Under the pieces are notes generated by a model. It searched no databases, was not told the DNA's origin, and saw only the letters and a program-made list of their open reading frames with translations. From contig CAVSHT010000011.1 in assembly GCA_963727895.1 (NCBI GenBank), positions 32,001 through 96,000 of the forward strand: DNA of 64,000 nt, in the 5' to 3' direction. The stretch comes from an uncultured Methanosarcinaceae archaeon (GTDB lineage Archaea; Halobacteriota; Methanosarcinia; Methanosarcinales; Methanosarcinaceae). This document shows positions 34,930-46,036 of the stretch, piece after piece (position 1 is the first letter of the stretch; each line of letters starts with the position of its first letter). Both the position numbers and the translations under genes were made by a program.

Positions 34930-35113
34930 ATAAGCAATTAGCACGACATAAACACTTGATAAACGTAATTAAAACCTTTACAGGCTGAAATACGTTTCTT
35001 AAATATAGCCTAAAAAAGAAGAATCATCATATAGAAATAACAAAAACTCGTTATAAAAACATTATAAAAATAGATATTTATAGAAAAGAAGTTCGATGTA
35101 AAAAAATTGGATT

Positions 35114-35191
35114 TGGTGCTCCGGCCGGGATTCGAACCCGAGTCTTCGGCTCGAAAGGCCGGAATGATTGGCCGGACTACACTACCGGAGC
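35114..35191 (-). tRNA. tRNA-Glu(TTC)
   Basis: Cloverleaf GCTCCGG...CT-TTC-GA...GGTTCGAATCC...CCGGAGCACCA with encoded CCA. Confidence 0.97.
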
Positions 35192-35495
35192 ACATTGCAT
35201 CTCACAGCGAGACCTTCAATATACTCTAGTAATATATATATCTGTCCCTTGTTAAACTCTTATAGCTTAATAACTATCTATAAAACTTATAAAAATAATA
35301 CCAAAATTAATGTAATTTTCTTTTGTTTTAATTTTCTTTTGTATAAGATTCAACTTTTTAAAAATGAACATATCTTAACAGATTTTTAAGTTAGAGTAAA
35401 AAGCTGGAAATAACGAATCGAAAAATATAAACATCAGAAAGGAATTTAAAAATAATTAACTAAATCATTAAGAAAAAAGTTCATCCAAAAATGTA

Positions 35496-35573
35496 TGGTG
35501 CTCCGGCCGGGATTCGAACCCGAGTCTTCGGCTCGAAAGGCCGGAATGATTGGCCGGACTACACTACCGGAGC
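35496..35573 (-). tRNA. tRNA-Glu(TTC), identical second copy
   Basis: Identical 78-nt sequence. Confidence 0.97.
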
Positions 35574-35796
35574 TTTATTGTACATTATTTCCCCTTATTG
35601 GAGAGGTTCTTCAATAAGGGGTTTTTCTATATATAATTAGCGGTTGCCAGTGTTTTTGAAAATGTTATTTGATTGTTAAATGAAAAACTTCACAAACTTT
35701 TTAAGAAAAAACTTAACTGCAAATTTTAACTCAAAATGTTTAAATTGAAACAGATTTTTGAGAACTTTGTTAGAATTAAATTCACAAATCTCTTTT

Positions 35797-36198
35797 TCAG
35801 ATTTCTTCTTGAACTTCTTCCTCATCTTCCAGATCAGTTTCAATTCCGCTAGTTTCTTCTGATCTTTCAGCCTCTTGGATGAGGCTGCCAATCCATTCAC
35901 TGAGTCTCCCGCAATATTCGGGTTGACAGTCACCGGTACAGCCTGTACAGGCAGAAAACAATTCTCCTGCAAGAAGGAGATCATATTTCTCCTTAACCTC
36001 TTCCTTTGCCTTCAGCAGGTATGTCCTTGCTCCATTTGAGACTCCAACCTCGCGTAAAATGAGGTCTTTATCCAGAAGCTTTTTTATGATTCTGGAACAT
36101 TTTCGACTGTCGATATTCAGCTCTTTCCAGATAACATTCTGAAAAACGCCTTCTTTATGACTCTTTATTATGTTATATGCTTCTTCTTCAAGATCCAT
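35797..36198 (-). CDS. Winged-helix protein with C-terminal Cys cluster (RPC34/TFE-beta-like)
   Basis: GVFQNVIWKELNIDSRKCSRII..L HTH; CTGC.GDC.PEYC; adjacent to Lsm. Confidence 0.7.
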   Translation of the reverse strand: MDLEEEAYNIIKSHKEGVFQNVIWKELNIDSRKCSRIIKKLLDKDLILREVGVSNGARTYLLKAKEEVKEKYDLLLAGELFSACTGCTGDCQPEYCGRLSEWIGSLIQEAERSEETSGIETDLEDEEEVQEEI

Positions 36199-36230
36199 GA
36201 TTCCACACTAATAAGGTTCCTTATGAAGTT

Positions 36231-36455
36231 TTATTCTTCTACAGGAGTGATCAGTATGATGTTATTACCACGAAGAACTACTGAACCAAGAGAACGTACT
36301 TTATCGCCTTTTACAATTTCCATCGTGTCAACAAGATGAAGGTTCATATAGTCATCTACACTTTTAAGAGTGCCTTCAAGCAGATTAAGGTCACCTTTCA
36401 TTTCTACCTGGATCCTTGATCCAACGATTTTTTGAACTTTTTTATTTGGGAACAA
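36231..36455 (-). CDS. Sm-like (Lsm/SmAP) protein
   Basis: Sm1 GTLKSVDDYMNLHL and Sm2 VVLRGNNI. Confidence 0.92.
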   Translation of the reverse strand: MFPNKKVQKIVGSRIQVEMKGDLNLLEGTLKSVDDYMNLHLVDTMEIVKGDKVRSLGSVVLRGNNIILITPVEE

Positions 36456-36900
36456 ATTTAAACCCTCGCTGATTTATTCTCAATTTCCCCGTACTCCCGG
36501 GTTTGCATTTTCTATATCCCAAGCCGATGCCGGACAAGCCGCATCAGAACCACATTCACATATGCAGTCTGCCTATGGCCTTGTATTAGTCGCTTACTCC
36601 CAGTAACCGAAAAATCCTTCTATATTGTCACTCCACCGGCTTTTAAGAAAACTGAAAATTACATAACCCTTTACAGAGATATATAACCATCGATCTTAGA
36701 GATCTCAAAAGAATTCCAAGATCAAATAGTTCCTACCAAAATATATTTGACCAAATTGTTTTTAAAAGATTTGTGAGCGTTCTATTTCTCTTTTTTGCTC
36801 GAGCCTTTTTTGAAAAAGCTTGCAAAACTTTTCTGTTAACATTTTGTGCATCTGACAGGATATTTTGTATGAATAGGATCTAAGGGCTGGATATAAACTA

Positions 36901-37299
36901 TTAGATATAACCCTGTATGTCCATACTTTCGTCAACAGCCTTTACAGTCCCTTTTTTTGGCCTTGGGACTGCTCTTGCAATAGGCCCGAAAACGGATTCG
37001 TATTCATTTATATGCTGGATTAGCCAGTGAGAAAGCTCAAGAGCAGCAACCGGAGAGAGTATTATTTCGGTTTCGATATGTCTTTGGACAATCCTTGACT
37101 CTGAAGCTTCCCCGAACATCTTTGGAGTATCATTGTAAAAACCTATCCTGAAATCATAGGGACTGTGCCCCCCTGCAGCTCCAATAGCATATATTTGCCT
37201 GAAATCTTCGGACTTCATAAACTCTATTGTAATACCATTTTTAATCTTTTTAGGAACTGAACTTTCGATATTTTCCCTAGATTCAACATCCTCAGTCAT
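36901..37299 (-). CDS. DUF3467-like hypothetical protein
   Basis: IYA.GA.GGHSPYDFRIGF...I.LSP..A..L. Confidence 0.65.
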   Translation of the reverse strand: MTEDVESRENIESSVPKKIKNGITIEFMKSEDFRQIYAIGAAGGHSPYDFRIGFYNDTPKMFGEASESRIVQRHIETEIILSPVAALELSHWLIQHINEYESVFGPIARAVPRPKKGTVKAVDESMDIQGYI

Positions 37300-37487
37300 G
37301 AAATTACCTCTGTATTTAATCTCAGATATCCCGTACTTTATATGGTTAGACTCTATATGATTCTAATACATTGACAAGTTTTTAAAAAAAACCTGACAGT
37401 CTTGATCATATAAAAGATGCATTCCCACGCATACAGGAACATTTTTATTCATAATATCATGTCATCTGCAAAAACTTTTTTGATAAT

Positions 37488-39962
37488 TTAGCCCTGAACT
37501 TTCTTTTTCAGTTTCTTTGCTTCTTCCGCGACTCCTTTCTTAGAATGTACCTTTGCTATAAGTTCTACAGCATCAAGATTACGAACTGCATTGTCCAGAT
37601 ATCCGAAAACATCGCCTTGGTATGCCGAGATCCCATACTTATCTTCAAGTTTCTTTATGATCTTTACAGGATCAAGTGCTTCTGTACGCAATTTGATAAT
37701 TTTTTCCGAAAATTTCTGTTCTGCACAGCCACAGTAAGGCGAATCCTTACATGCACAAGTTAAAAAATCTGAAGCAAAGTTTAACATAAGCTCACGGATT
37801 TTTGCATCAAGCTGGGAAAAAGATTCACCATCAAAAATTATATCAAGGGTTGCCCCCTGAAAGACTCTTGAAGGCATATTAACATGCAGAGAACTTCCGA
37901 TCTGGTTTGCATACTTGAAATATGCCGCATCGAAAAACTCCAAGTTTGTTGCTATTTTTATGGGTTCGTTTTCTTCTAGCACTGCATCTCTAATAAGGAA
38001 AGCTTTTGATACTGGAAGGAAATGAGCTGAAATAATTTTTCCAAAACGCGTAAGTGTTATTCGGTTTCCTTTTCTTTCCACAAAGCGATATTTATGAAGG
38101 CGCAAAATTATTTTGTCCATGTCGTAGCTTCCAAACATCAAGTTATGGATCATCCGGAGGTCCTGAACCGATGAAGTAACTGCAACCGAGGCAAGCACTT
38201 CCTCAAGCTGCTCGGCTTCTCCATATTGTATATTTGTTGAAATCATTTCTCCCTGGAGTAATTTGATCGCAACCTCTTCTTCGGTATCAGACTGAGAACC
38301 TGAATAGGACTTTCCAGGCACGGGCATAAGTACAACAACACCCCTGTCGTGATAATCAGGCCTGCCTGCCCTTCCGCTCATCTGTACAAAATCCTGGACT
38401 GAAATCCAGTCTATTCCCATTGCAAGGGATTCAAAGATAACCTGAGAAGCCGGAAAATCCACGCCTGCCGCGAGAGCAGCCGTGGTCACAATTACTGGAA
38501 GCTCTCCTTTTGCAAAGCGGGTCTCAGTCTTCTTTCTCTCATACTGGGAAAGCCCGGCATGATAAGGAGCCGCCTGGATTGAAAGGGATCCTGAAAGCTT
38601 ATGACAGTTTCTTCGGGAGTTTGTAAAAACAATCGTCTGTCCCCTATGGTTTTTGGAAGAGAACATTGCGTATTCGTCTTTTGCAAGTTGGGAAATCAGT
38701 TTTGCCTTTTCGTTATCCTGGCAGAAAAGTAGATGTCTGTCAAGTGGAACCGGTCTGTGTTCATAAAGGACAAGACTGGCTCCAAGTTTCTTTGAATAGC
38801 CTGCAGGATTTGCAACGGTTGCGGAAAGGTAGATGAATTGAGCTTCGGGTGCAACATACCTTAGCCTTCCTATTAGCCCATCCAGTCTGTGACCTCTTTC
38901 CTGGTCTTCAAGAGTATGGACTTCATCAACAACCACAGTTCCGATCTTGCCCAGAAAATCAGCATTTCCCGACCGAAGCATATGGTCTATTCCCTCGTAA
39001 GTCCCTACAATTATATCTGCATTAGGGCTGGTCTGCATTTTCACACGCTGAGAAGTTTTTATTAAAATTGCGCCAATCTTTATGGAAGTAGTGAGCCCTA
39101 ATTTTGAATAGCGTTCTTTGAACTGGTCGTACTTCTGGTTTGCAAGTGCGACTAAGGGAACGAGATAAAGCATTTTTCCTTTTTTGTTAAGCAAATTTTG
39201 GATTCCTGCCATCTCCCCTATAAGTGTCTTTCCAGTTGCTGTCGCCGAGACCACAAATTGGTTTTTTCCCTTAAGAAGTCCAGCTTCTATCGATAAAGCC
39301 TGGACAGGCAATAAGGTTTCGGATTTTTCGAGCAACAGTTCCTTAAATTTTGTGTGAATGCGTAGACTATTTACCTTGACTGTATTACTGACAGGATTTG
39401 TTCGTATAGTATCGTAGCGTGTAAATTCAGGATCCAGCCTTTCAGGAGTCAACATCCTTATAGTCCTATCCAGGTCTCTGGTTTTCGATAGGACCTGTTC
39501 TAAGAACTCTATGGATTTATCTCCATATTGAACACCAGCCGAACGGACTGCACGCAAGAGTTCTTCTTTTGCACAGTTAAGGCAGATTAGTTCATTATTG
39601 TATTTGATTGATTTACTGTTTACAAAATTGAAACGTTCATTTATCCAGCAGTGTTTGCAGATTTTAACTTTGTCCGCACTAAGCTGAAAAGCTTTCAGCA
39701 TTTCCAAAAAAGCAGCTTCATTTTCAGGATTTCCCCCTTCTGTAAACATTATTCGGTTTGCACTGCGTAAAAGCTCTATAAACTGCTGGGGAGGAATGAA
39801 TTCTTCTTTCTTGCCGGTGAGAAGCCTAATTTTAAGAGGGCGAGGCCCTTTGTAACTATCTTTTATATGGAGTTCGGCCATATAAATCGGCTGTTTCATC
39901 CGGTCCTTTATACCCATAATTCTTATTTTTGATTTTTCAGCGTGGACTAGGACCCAGAGCAT
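37488..39962 (-). CDS. Archaea-specific Ski2-like DEAD/DEAH helicase
   Basis: ATATGKT, DEVH, SAT, QMSGRAGR; N- and C-terminal Cys motifs. Confidence 0.88.
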   Translation of the reverse strand: MLWVLVHAEKSKIRIMGIKDRMKQPIYMAELHIKDSYKGPRPLKIRLLTGKKEEFIPPQQFIELLRSANRIMFTEGGNPENEAAFLEMLKAFQLSADKVKICKHCWINERFNFVNSKSIKYNNELICLNCAKEELLRAVRSAGVQYGDKSIEFLEQVLSKTRDLDRTIRMLTPERLDPEFTRYDTIRTNPVSNTVKVNSLRIHTKFKELLLEKSETLLPVQALSIEAGLLKGKNQFVVSATATGKTLIGEMAGIQNLLNKKGKMLYLVPLVALANQKYDQFKERYSKLGLTTSIKIGAILIKTSQRVKMQTSPNADIIVGTYEGIDHMLRSGNADFLGKIGTVVVDEVHTLEDQERGHRLDGLIGRLRYVAPEAQFIYLSATVANPAGYSKKLGASLVLYEHRPVPLDRHLLFCQDNEKAKLISQLAKDEYAMFSSKNHRGQTIVFTNSRRNCHKLSGSLSIQAAPYHAGLSQYERKKTETRFAKGELPVIVTTAALAAGVDFPASQVIFESLAMGIDWISVQDFVQMSGRAGRPDYHDRGVVVLMPVPGKSYSGSQSDTEEEVAIKLLQGEMISTNIQYGEAEQLEEVLASVAVTSSVQDLRMIHNLMFGSYDMDKIILRLHKYRFVERKGNRITLTRFGKIISAHFLPVSKAFLIRDAVLEENEPIKIATNLEFFDAAYFKYANQIGSSLHVNMPSRVFQGATLDIIFDGESFSQLDAKIRELMLNFASDFLTCACKDSPYCGCAEQKFSEKIIKLRTEALDPVKIIKKLEDKYGISAYQGDVFGYLDNAVRNLDAVELIAKVHSKKGVAEEAKKLKKKVQG

Positions 39963-40516
39963 GATTGTTTATCCTGATATATGAATGATATAAGTAAGCT
40001 TCTTCTCAAAACCTGTAAATTTCCTTCAAAGTCTACCTTCGAAGACTGAAAAACCAACATTCTGCTATCTTCTTACTTTAGAAGCAAAATTTATATTTAC
40101 AAGTAAAAGTTTATTTGGGGATATTATTTACATTTTCAGTGCTTTCTAAAGAGTGTACTATTTTATACTTCCTTCGCAAGCTTCTAGGATCTCTATCTTC
40201 TCATCTCATTTGTAGCTCCACTTTATATGTAACTATTATATAAATATATATAAACATTTTATTACTTTAATATTATATATATGCACCATGTATTAATTAC
40301 ACTCAGATTTTCAATATCCAAAATACCCTCATAAAAGAATTATTTATAATTAATGTTAAGAACTTAGTTTAAGATCTCAATTTAAAGAAACAAAAAATAG
40401 ATAGTAAGTATTTAAATATATCATCAGGTAAAGCAATAAAATCAATACTATAAAAATACTAGCGTAAAAACGAATTATATAGAAACTGCGATTCTATGTT
40501 TTTTAGAACACTTTTT

Positions 40517-41332
40517 TTATAAACAAGCTCCTTCCTTTGCAAATCTGCACCTGCAATTTCGAGTTTTTGGAATATTTCCTATTGTATCTGAAATAATCTC
40601 AAAAATTGCATCCTGAGATTTTCCTACTACTTCAGTTACTTCATCGGCAGTCAATTTCTGGGTGGTCATTCCACATGCCTGATTTGTAACTATAGCAAGA
40701 GAAGAATAACAAAGACTGAGTTCTTTTGCAAGAGTTACTTCAGGTACACCGGTCATTCCCACAATATCTGCAAACTGACTCATCATACGAATTTCGGCTC
40801 TGGTTTCAAAACGTGGGCCTTCTGTGCAGGCATAAATTCCTTCGGTATAAGAAAACCCCTGTTTTTCCAGAGAATCTCTAAGAGCCATTCTGATCTCCGG
40901 GCAATAGGGCTCAGAAACATCAACATGTACAGTCCTATCATCATAAAAAGTAGAAGGCCTGTTACGGGTAAAATCTATGAAATCATCGAGCACTACAAAA
41001 CTACCCACCGGATGTCCTCTCATTGACCCCACGGAATTTGTGGAAATTACGCGTTTTACCCCGATAGAATACACAGCCCAGATATTAGCTCTATAATTGA
41101 TCCTGTGAGGTGGAATATGGTTTTCTCCGGCATGTCTGGGGATTAAAGCAACTTTTCTGCCTTTTATATCAGTAAAGTAGACAGTAACATCTCCATAAGG
41201 AGTATTTACTAAGTGACTTTCAAAGTCTTTATACGAGTTAAAACCTACACCACCGAGCACTGCAATTTCAACGTCTTCAGATACATTTTCCATTTTTATC
41301 TTCCTTGGTGTTTTACTGTAACTCCTATTCAT
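40517..41332 (-). CDS. Methylthioadenosine/methylthioinosine phosphorylase
   Basis: PRHA..H..PPH.INYRANI, EGPRFETRAE, VGMT..PE. Confidence 0.88.
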   Translation of the reverse strand: MNRSYSKTPRKIKMENVSEDVEIAVLGGVGFNSYKDFESHLVNTPYGDVTVYFTDIKGRKVALIPRHAGENHIPPHRINYRANIWAVYSIGVKRVISTNSVGSMRGHPVGSFVVLDDFIDFTRNRPSTFYDDRTVHVDVSEPYCPEIRMALRDSLEKQGFSYTEGIYACTEGPRFETRAEIRMMSQFADIVGMTGVPEVTLAKELSLCYSSLAIVTNQACGMTTQKLTADEVTEVVGKSQDAIFEIISDTIGNIPKTRNCRCRFAKEGACL

Positions 41333-41377
41333 GCTTTCGCCCTAGCTTTATTATTCCTCTTGAGTAAGAATCTGAAA

Positions 41378-42514
41378 TCAGGCAAGTTTTTTCTTTTTAC
41401 TAGCTCTTCCGTTCTCTTCTTTTTTGGAAGTTTGGTTTGATACACTGTATTTTATGCCTGCAAGGGCAATAAGAATCGCAATTGCAACCGAATACACAAA
41501 GTACTGGAGGGCAAGAGCCGCATTATTTGTAATTCCTGCCGAAAGGGAAGCTGTCGCGAGAATGTATGTGCTTGCACCCCAGAACAGCAGTCCGGTTGCG
41601 ATTATAAACAGAGAAATCGCAACGTTTTTGTAAATAGGCTTATTTTCCATCCTTAAATCAAAGATTTTTCCCAGATCAGCAAGCAGTAAAGCTCCTGCAT
41701 ACCACCAGACTGAAGCATTAATGAATACTGAAACAAGCGTAAGGATTCCTTGATACCATACTCCTTCTGCCGAATAAAGCTTCCATACCTCCGTGACTCC
41801 GTACACAGTAGCTATAAGACATATAATCAGGGCAGCTGTATAGCTGATAAACACCATTCTTTGTTCCAGAAAAGCATCCCATAACCTTTCCTTTTCAAGG
41901 GCAACAAGGTCATCGAGCCCAAAGCCTCTATACAACATGTAAAGCCCTACAGCTGCAAGAATTCCCACAATTGCGCCTTCTGGATAACGGGCAAGCAGGA
42001 ATATTGCATAAATGAGAAAAGCAAGCCCTAAAGGTACGAAGAAAGTTTGAGATATTTTTGGGTCGCTGAATACATGTTTCAAAATATAATAAGTGCTTTC
42101 CAGATTTTCACTCTGCATTACTACAATTCGTTTCACTGAGTCAATTTTCAGACGGGATTGGACAATAGGCACAAGTGTTTCGTCTTCTGCTCCGTCTGAG
42201 ACAAAGATCGCCCTCTGAACATCAGTCTTATTGAGGAAAATTTCAAGCTCCTCAGCAATTTTCTGGTCTGAGATTATTCCAACATTTTTGTCTCCTGCAA
42301 AAGAAACTATCTCAGCATCGACACCTTTTTCCCTTAACTCATCAAGGATCTTGATGCCACCGAAAATCGTATTTGTATCAGAGTCTTCAGGATCTGCGAT
42401 CCCAAGTGCGACAGCAGCCTGAACATTTGCCTCCCGTCCTACTATTGGGGTTTCTAGTCTTGCTTTTTCACCCAGATCGTTATCTCTGTCTATGCATATA
42501 ACTAATGTCTGCAT
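41378..42514 (-). CDS. DUF373 family membrane protein
   Basis: LVICIDRDNDLG, DPEDSD.N, SDGAEDE, then multiple TM helices. Confidence 0.82.
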   Translation of the reverse strand: MQTLVICIDRDNDLGEKARLETPIVGREANVQAAVALGIADPEDSDTNTIFGGIKILDELREKGVDAEIVSFAGDKNVGIISDQKIAEELEIFLNKTDVQRAIFVSDGAEDETLVPIVQSRLKIDSVKRIVVMQSENLESTYYILKHVFSDPKISQTFFVPLGLAFLIYAIFLLARYPEGAIVGILAAVGLYMLYRGFGLDDLVALEKERLWDAFLEQRMVFISYTAALIICLIATVYGVTEVWKLYSAEGVWYQGILTLVSVFINASVWWYAGALLLADLGKIFDLRMENKPIYKNVAISLFIIATGLLFWGASTYILATASLSAGITNNAALALQYFVYSVAIAILIALAGIKYSVSNQTSKKEENGRASKKKKLA

Positions 42515-42997
42515 ATATCCTCATAGCCTTAATGGATTACTCTAACACAGAAAGCTAATTATTCCTGTACATTATTCGGATCCGGCTCTTATATCTTTCC
42601 TGCCGGAATATTCTACAAACTCTTTTAATCAGTTAACGTGTCTTACTTTTTACAATCATATTATTTTAATTTATACATTATAAGTTGTAACGTAATAAAT
42701 TTTATTTTTACGCACAAAAATATTCTCAAAACCGACTTTGACACTTGAAGATTTTTATTGACTACCTGAAAGCAAGGAGCCTTAACCTTAAAAAAGTATA
42801 TTTTCTATTCTTCGAGAAGGCCAGTCTACAAAAATAATACTGTTTTATTCATTTTCTTGCGATATATATAAGCGATTCATAATCAAACTTTGGCAGATAA
42901 TTTTTTAAGTATAGAAGTTCATAAGGAGATATCTAAAAGAATACATATTTTTTAGAAGAGAAAGTAACCATTTTGATAACTAACAAAAGGGGTTTAT

Positions 42998-43342
42998 ATG
43001 ACACAAGAATCGGAAAGCAAAAGTGAAGAAACCGAAACTGGAAAAAAGAGTTCTAAAATACAGGAAAAAGTCGGAAAGCTTGGAAATGATATTGATTCTC
43101 TTGCAAAGAAAACAGGAGAGGAAGCTTCAAAACTTGCAAAAAATATAAATTCTGAGATTAAATCGATTTCAGGAGAAATAAAATCAATTGATGTAAAGGA
43201 TGAAGTAAAGAGTATCACTACCAGAGTTGAAAAACTAGTTGATGCTACAGGTGATAGTGCAAAAAAACTTGCCTCAGATATAAAGAGCGATATAAAGAAA
43301 CTGGTAGACAAAATCGAAAGCCCGATTTCAAAGAAAAAATGA
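42998..43342 (+). CDS. Hypothetical K/E/S-rich helical protein
   Basis: 114-aa ORF with SD and an internal repeat (A.KLA..I.S.IK). Confidence 0.65.
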   Translation: MTQESESKSEETETGKKSSKIQEKVGKLGNDIDSLAKKTGEEASKLAKNINSEIKSISGEIKSIDVKDEVKSITTRVEKLVDATGDSAKKLASDIKSDIKKLVDKIESPISKKK

Positions 43343-43653
43343 AAGCGATAACATGATGATGAAGAAGTAGAATCTTTCAGCGAGGAGATCAATATTTATT
43401 CCAAGTTTCATTTTTCAATTATATTCTCTGCTTTTTAAGATGTACTTTGAGAAAATTAGCCTTGTTATACTATGAATTATGCCATGAAGTTGTTTAGATT
43501 CATTTGAACTTGAATTCAACTCTGTCATGAAGTTATTCATATTGATTTGAGCTAAAATTCAATTTGTAGAAGAGAGATTAAAATTATTGTATTTAATTTG
43601 AAATTATTTCTGTTATTCATTGCTGTTTATGTTAGAGAATTTAGAGGGATAGA

Positions 43654-44043
43654 ATGCAATCATACTGCGGGTTTTTCAGAAGGTTTATAGCCTCAATAAT
43701 TGATATTTTCGTAGTTATTTTGCTTTTTGTGTTTATCGGTTTCATAACAGAAACCCAGGATGAAACCTTCTGTATTATATTCGTTCTGACATTATGGATT
43801 TATTTTGCTTATCAAGAGAGTTCTACCCTGAAAGGAACGGTAGGCAAGCAGGCTTTGAATCTCATTGTTACCGACCTAAATGGAAATCAGATTTCTTTTA
43901 AGCAGGCAACAAAACGATTTATTATGAAAATTCTTACTGCGATTCCCCTTTTTATGGGATTTTTATTAATTTATATTACTTCAAAAAAACAAGCCTTTCA
44001 TGATCTGTTTGCGAAGACTGTAGTTTATCTTCATGAGGATTGA
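43654..44043 (+). CDS. RDD family membrane protein
   Basis: GFFRRFIASIID, TVGK...L.V, QAFHD..AKT.V. Confidence 0.88.
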   Translation: MQSYCGFFRRFIASIIDIFVVILLFVFIGFITETQDETFCIIFVLTLWIYFAYQESSTLKGTVGKQALNLIVTDLNGNQISFKQATKRFIMKILTAIPLFMGFLLIYITSKKQAFHDLFAKTVVYLHED

Positions 44044-44186
44044 TCTTAACTAAATTTATTCTTCACTCTTTGTCATATTTAATCCATTTATCTTTTCCAT
44101 TAATGCTTTCATTGAAAAAATATTTTTACAATGATTACTTTCTTTAATTATGATATCTTTATGATTAATGGGAAGTCATTTGTCAC

Positions 44187-44837
44187 TTGTCACCAGAACA
44201 AAAAAGGGAGTTTATTATGCCTAGTTCTTTCAATCAACTTAATTCTATCCAGAACCATTCGGTAAAATTTGAGAAATTTCTCTCAAGCCATCTGTTTGAT
44301 GTTTCTTATTCTCCTGAACCCTTAAAAGAAATAAAACTTTTTCTAGATATGGACGGAGTTCTTACAGATTTCACAGCCGCCTGTGAAAAACTAAGTGACA
44401 ATATGATGCTTTGGTACAGAAACGATAAAGGACTCTTTTGGAAAAAGATTACATCTGCAGGGATCGAATTCTGGTCGGAGATGTCGTGGATGCCTGGAGG
44501 AAGAGAACTACACGGATTCCTGACAGGATCTGGGGTTTGTCCCACAATCCTTTCTGCTCTTCCTGGCCCTGAAAGAAGAAAGGCGTTAAGCAATGCAAGA
44601 AAAGGAAAAATCAAATGGCTCAGAAAAGAACTCGGTCCTTCTTATGCAGAAACTGCAATTCTTTGTTACCGCCCTGAAAAAGCCTTACAATCAGGAGCTT
44701 CAAAGGTTCTTATTGATGATAACTCTGAAAACATCCATGAATGGGAAGAAGCGGGAGGTATCGGAATTCTGCATAAGAACAGCAGCCGGACAATCCGATG
44801 TTTTAATAAGATTCTTGAAGTTGAACAACAGTCCTGA
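44187..44837 (+). CDS. HAD-superfamily hydrolase (5'(3')-nucleotidase-like)
   Basis: FLDMDGVLTDF, K..WL, LIDD. Confidence 0.8.
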   Translation: MSPEQKREFIMPSSFNQLNSIQNHSVKFEKFLSSHLFDVSYSPEPLKEIKLFLDMDGVLTDFTAACEKLSDNMMLWYRNDKGLFWKKITSAGIEFWSEMSWMPGGRELHGFLTGSGVCPTILSALPGPERRKALSNARKGKIKWLRKELGPSYAETAILCYRPEKALQSGASKVLIDDNSENIHEWEEAGGIGILHKNSSRTIRCFNKILEVEQQS

Positions 44838-44886
44838 TGCAAACTTTTCCATAAATTAAATAACTCGTACACTCAATATGAAAAAT

Positions 44887-45711
44887 TTATATTTTTTGAT
44901 TACAGGCTACAATAAGGGCCACAAAATTTTCCCTGTGATTATTTATGTTTTCTGCTCCGGCATCCTTTAACCACTTTTTCCCTCCATGGATCGCATGATC
45001 TCCGCAAATAAAAAAAATCGTTCCTCTCTCTGCATTCCGGAAAATCTTTCCAAGATTCTCATCCACGACTTTTGCAGCTCTTTCAATTTCTTTCCAGCTT
45101 TCTGCCCTATGGGAAAAACGGTCAAGAGTCCTGAGGTGAACCGCCAGAACATCGGGATTTTCTTTGAGGGCATTTACCGCATAATTAGTTATTTGAAGGT
45201 CATAATCAAGGATATCTTCGGAATTTGGGACTCCATAAAAGTCTTTTATTCTCCCTCTAAAGCTTTCCGCACCTTCGGATTCTATGACTACTGATGATTT
45301 CATGCCTGCTCTATAAGCCCATTCCATAATGCTTTTAAGTTTCGGGTTTTCAGAGTCTTTTGTCCGTTCTGCATAAATATCCGCGGTTGAATAGATGTTA
45401 TGCTCCTCTGGCAGGTCTCCTGTAAAAATTGATGCAATAGCAGGAGACGTGATGGTCGCAGCAGATTTACACCTGAACAGAAGACCTGTCCTGGAAATTT
45501 CACTCAAATTCTTCATAATCGGAGAAAAATAGTTATAAAGAGAATAACCAAGACTGTCAACCACAATAATTACTGCTTTTTTACAGCCTCTTTCTTTTGC
45601 GTAGCTCTCTACTTCAGGAATCGTCTTGCCGGTAGGTGGCACCATAGGAATTTTCAGCAATTTCGAAATAGTAGGAGCAATATCAATTGTGTTGCACTCT
45701 AATACTTTCAT
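44887..45711 (-). CDS. Alkaline phosphatase superfamily protein
   Basis: VVDSLGY, TITSPA.ASI.TG..P.EH, D..SH, GDH. Confidence 0.75.
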   Translation of the reverse strand: MKVLECNTIDIAPTISKLLKIPMVPPTGKTIPEVESYAKERGCKKAVIIVVDSLGYSLYNYFSPIMKNLSEISRTGLLFRCKSAATITSPAIASIFTGDLPEEHNIYSTADIYAERTKDSENPKLKSIMEWAYRAGMKSSVVIESEGAESFRGRIKDFYGVPNSEDILDYDLQITNYAVNALKENPDVLAVHLRTLDRFSHRAESWKEIERAAKVVDENLGKIFRNAERGTIFFICGDHAIHGGKKWLKDAGAENINNHRENFVALIVACNQKI

Positions 45712-45958
45712 ATGTTCTCTAATATATTATCTGGAAAGCAAGCTTATATGTGTTTCCTGTATTCCTGTTTAAAACCCAGATAACTGTAAATAATTATATG
45801 GAATCAGTATGAGTGTCCGATAAGTAGAATTACAGATCCGGAAGCTATTTTTCAAACTTTTGCTCGAGACCAATACTTGTAGAGAAGGTGAAGGGAAAAG
45901 TACTGCTAAATTTCTGTTCAAGCAAACAGCACATGCCATAAGTTATATCCCATTATGC

Positions 45959-46006
45959 AAGCTACATATGTAACATAAAAGCTACATATGTAGGAGTAAC
46001 ATATGT
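45959..46006. promoter_or_regulatory. Three ACATATGT palindromes, candidate operator
   Basis: AAGCTACATATGTA at 45959 and 45979; ACATATGT at 45999. Confidence 0.45.
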
Positions 46007-46036
46007 TTACAGTTAATTGCAGTACAATAAAAAGAA

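Noticed and set aside
35114..35573. Duplicated tRNA as an integration (att) site
   Set aside because: Both copies are full length with their own TATA boxes and no integrase is nearby
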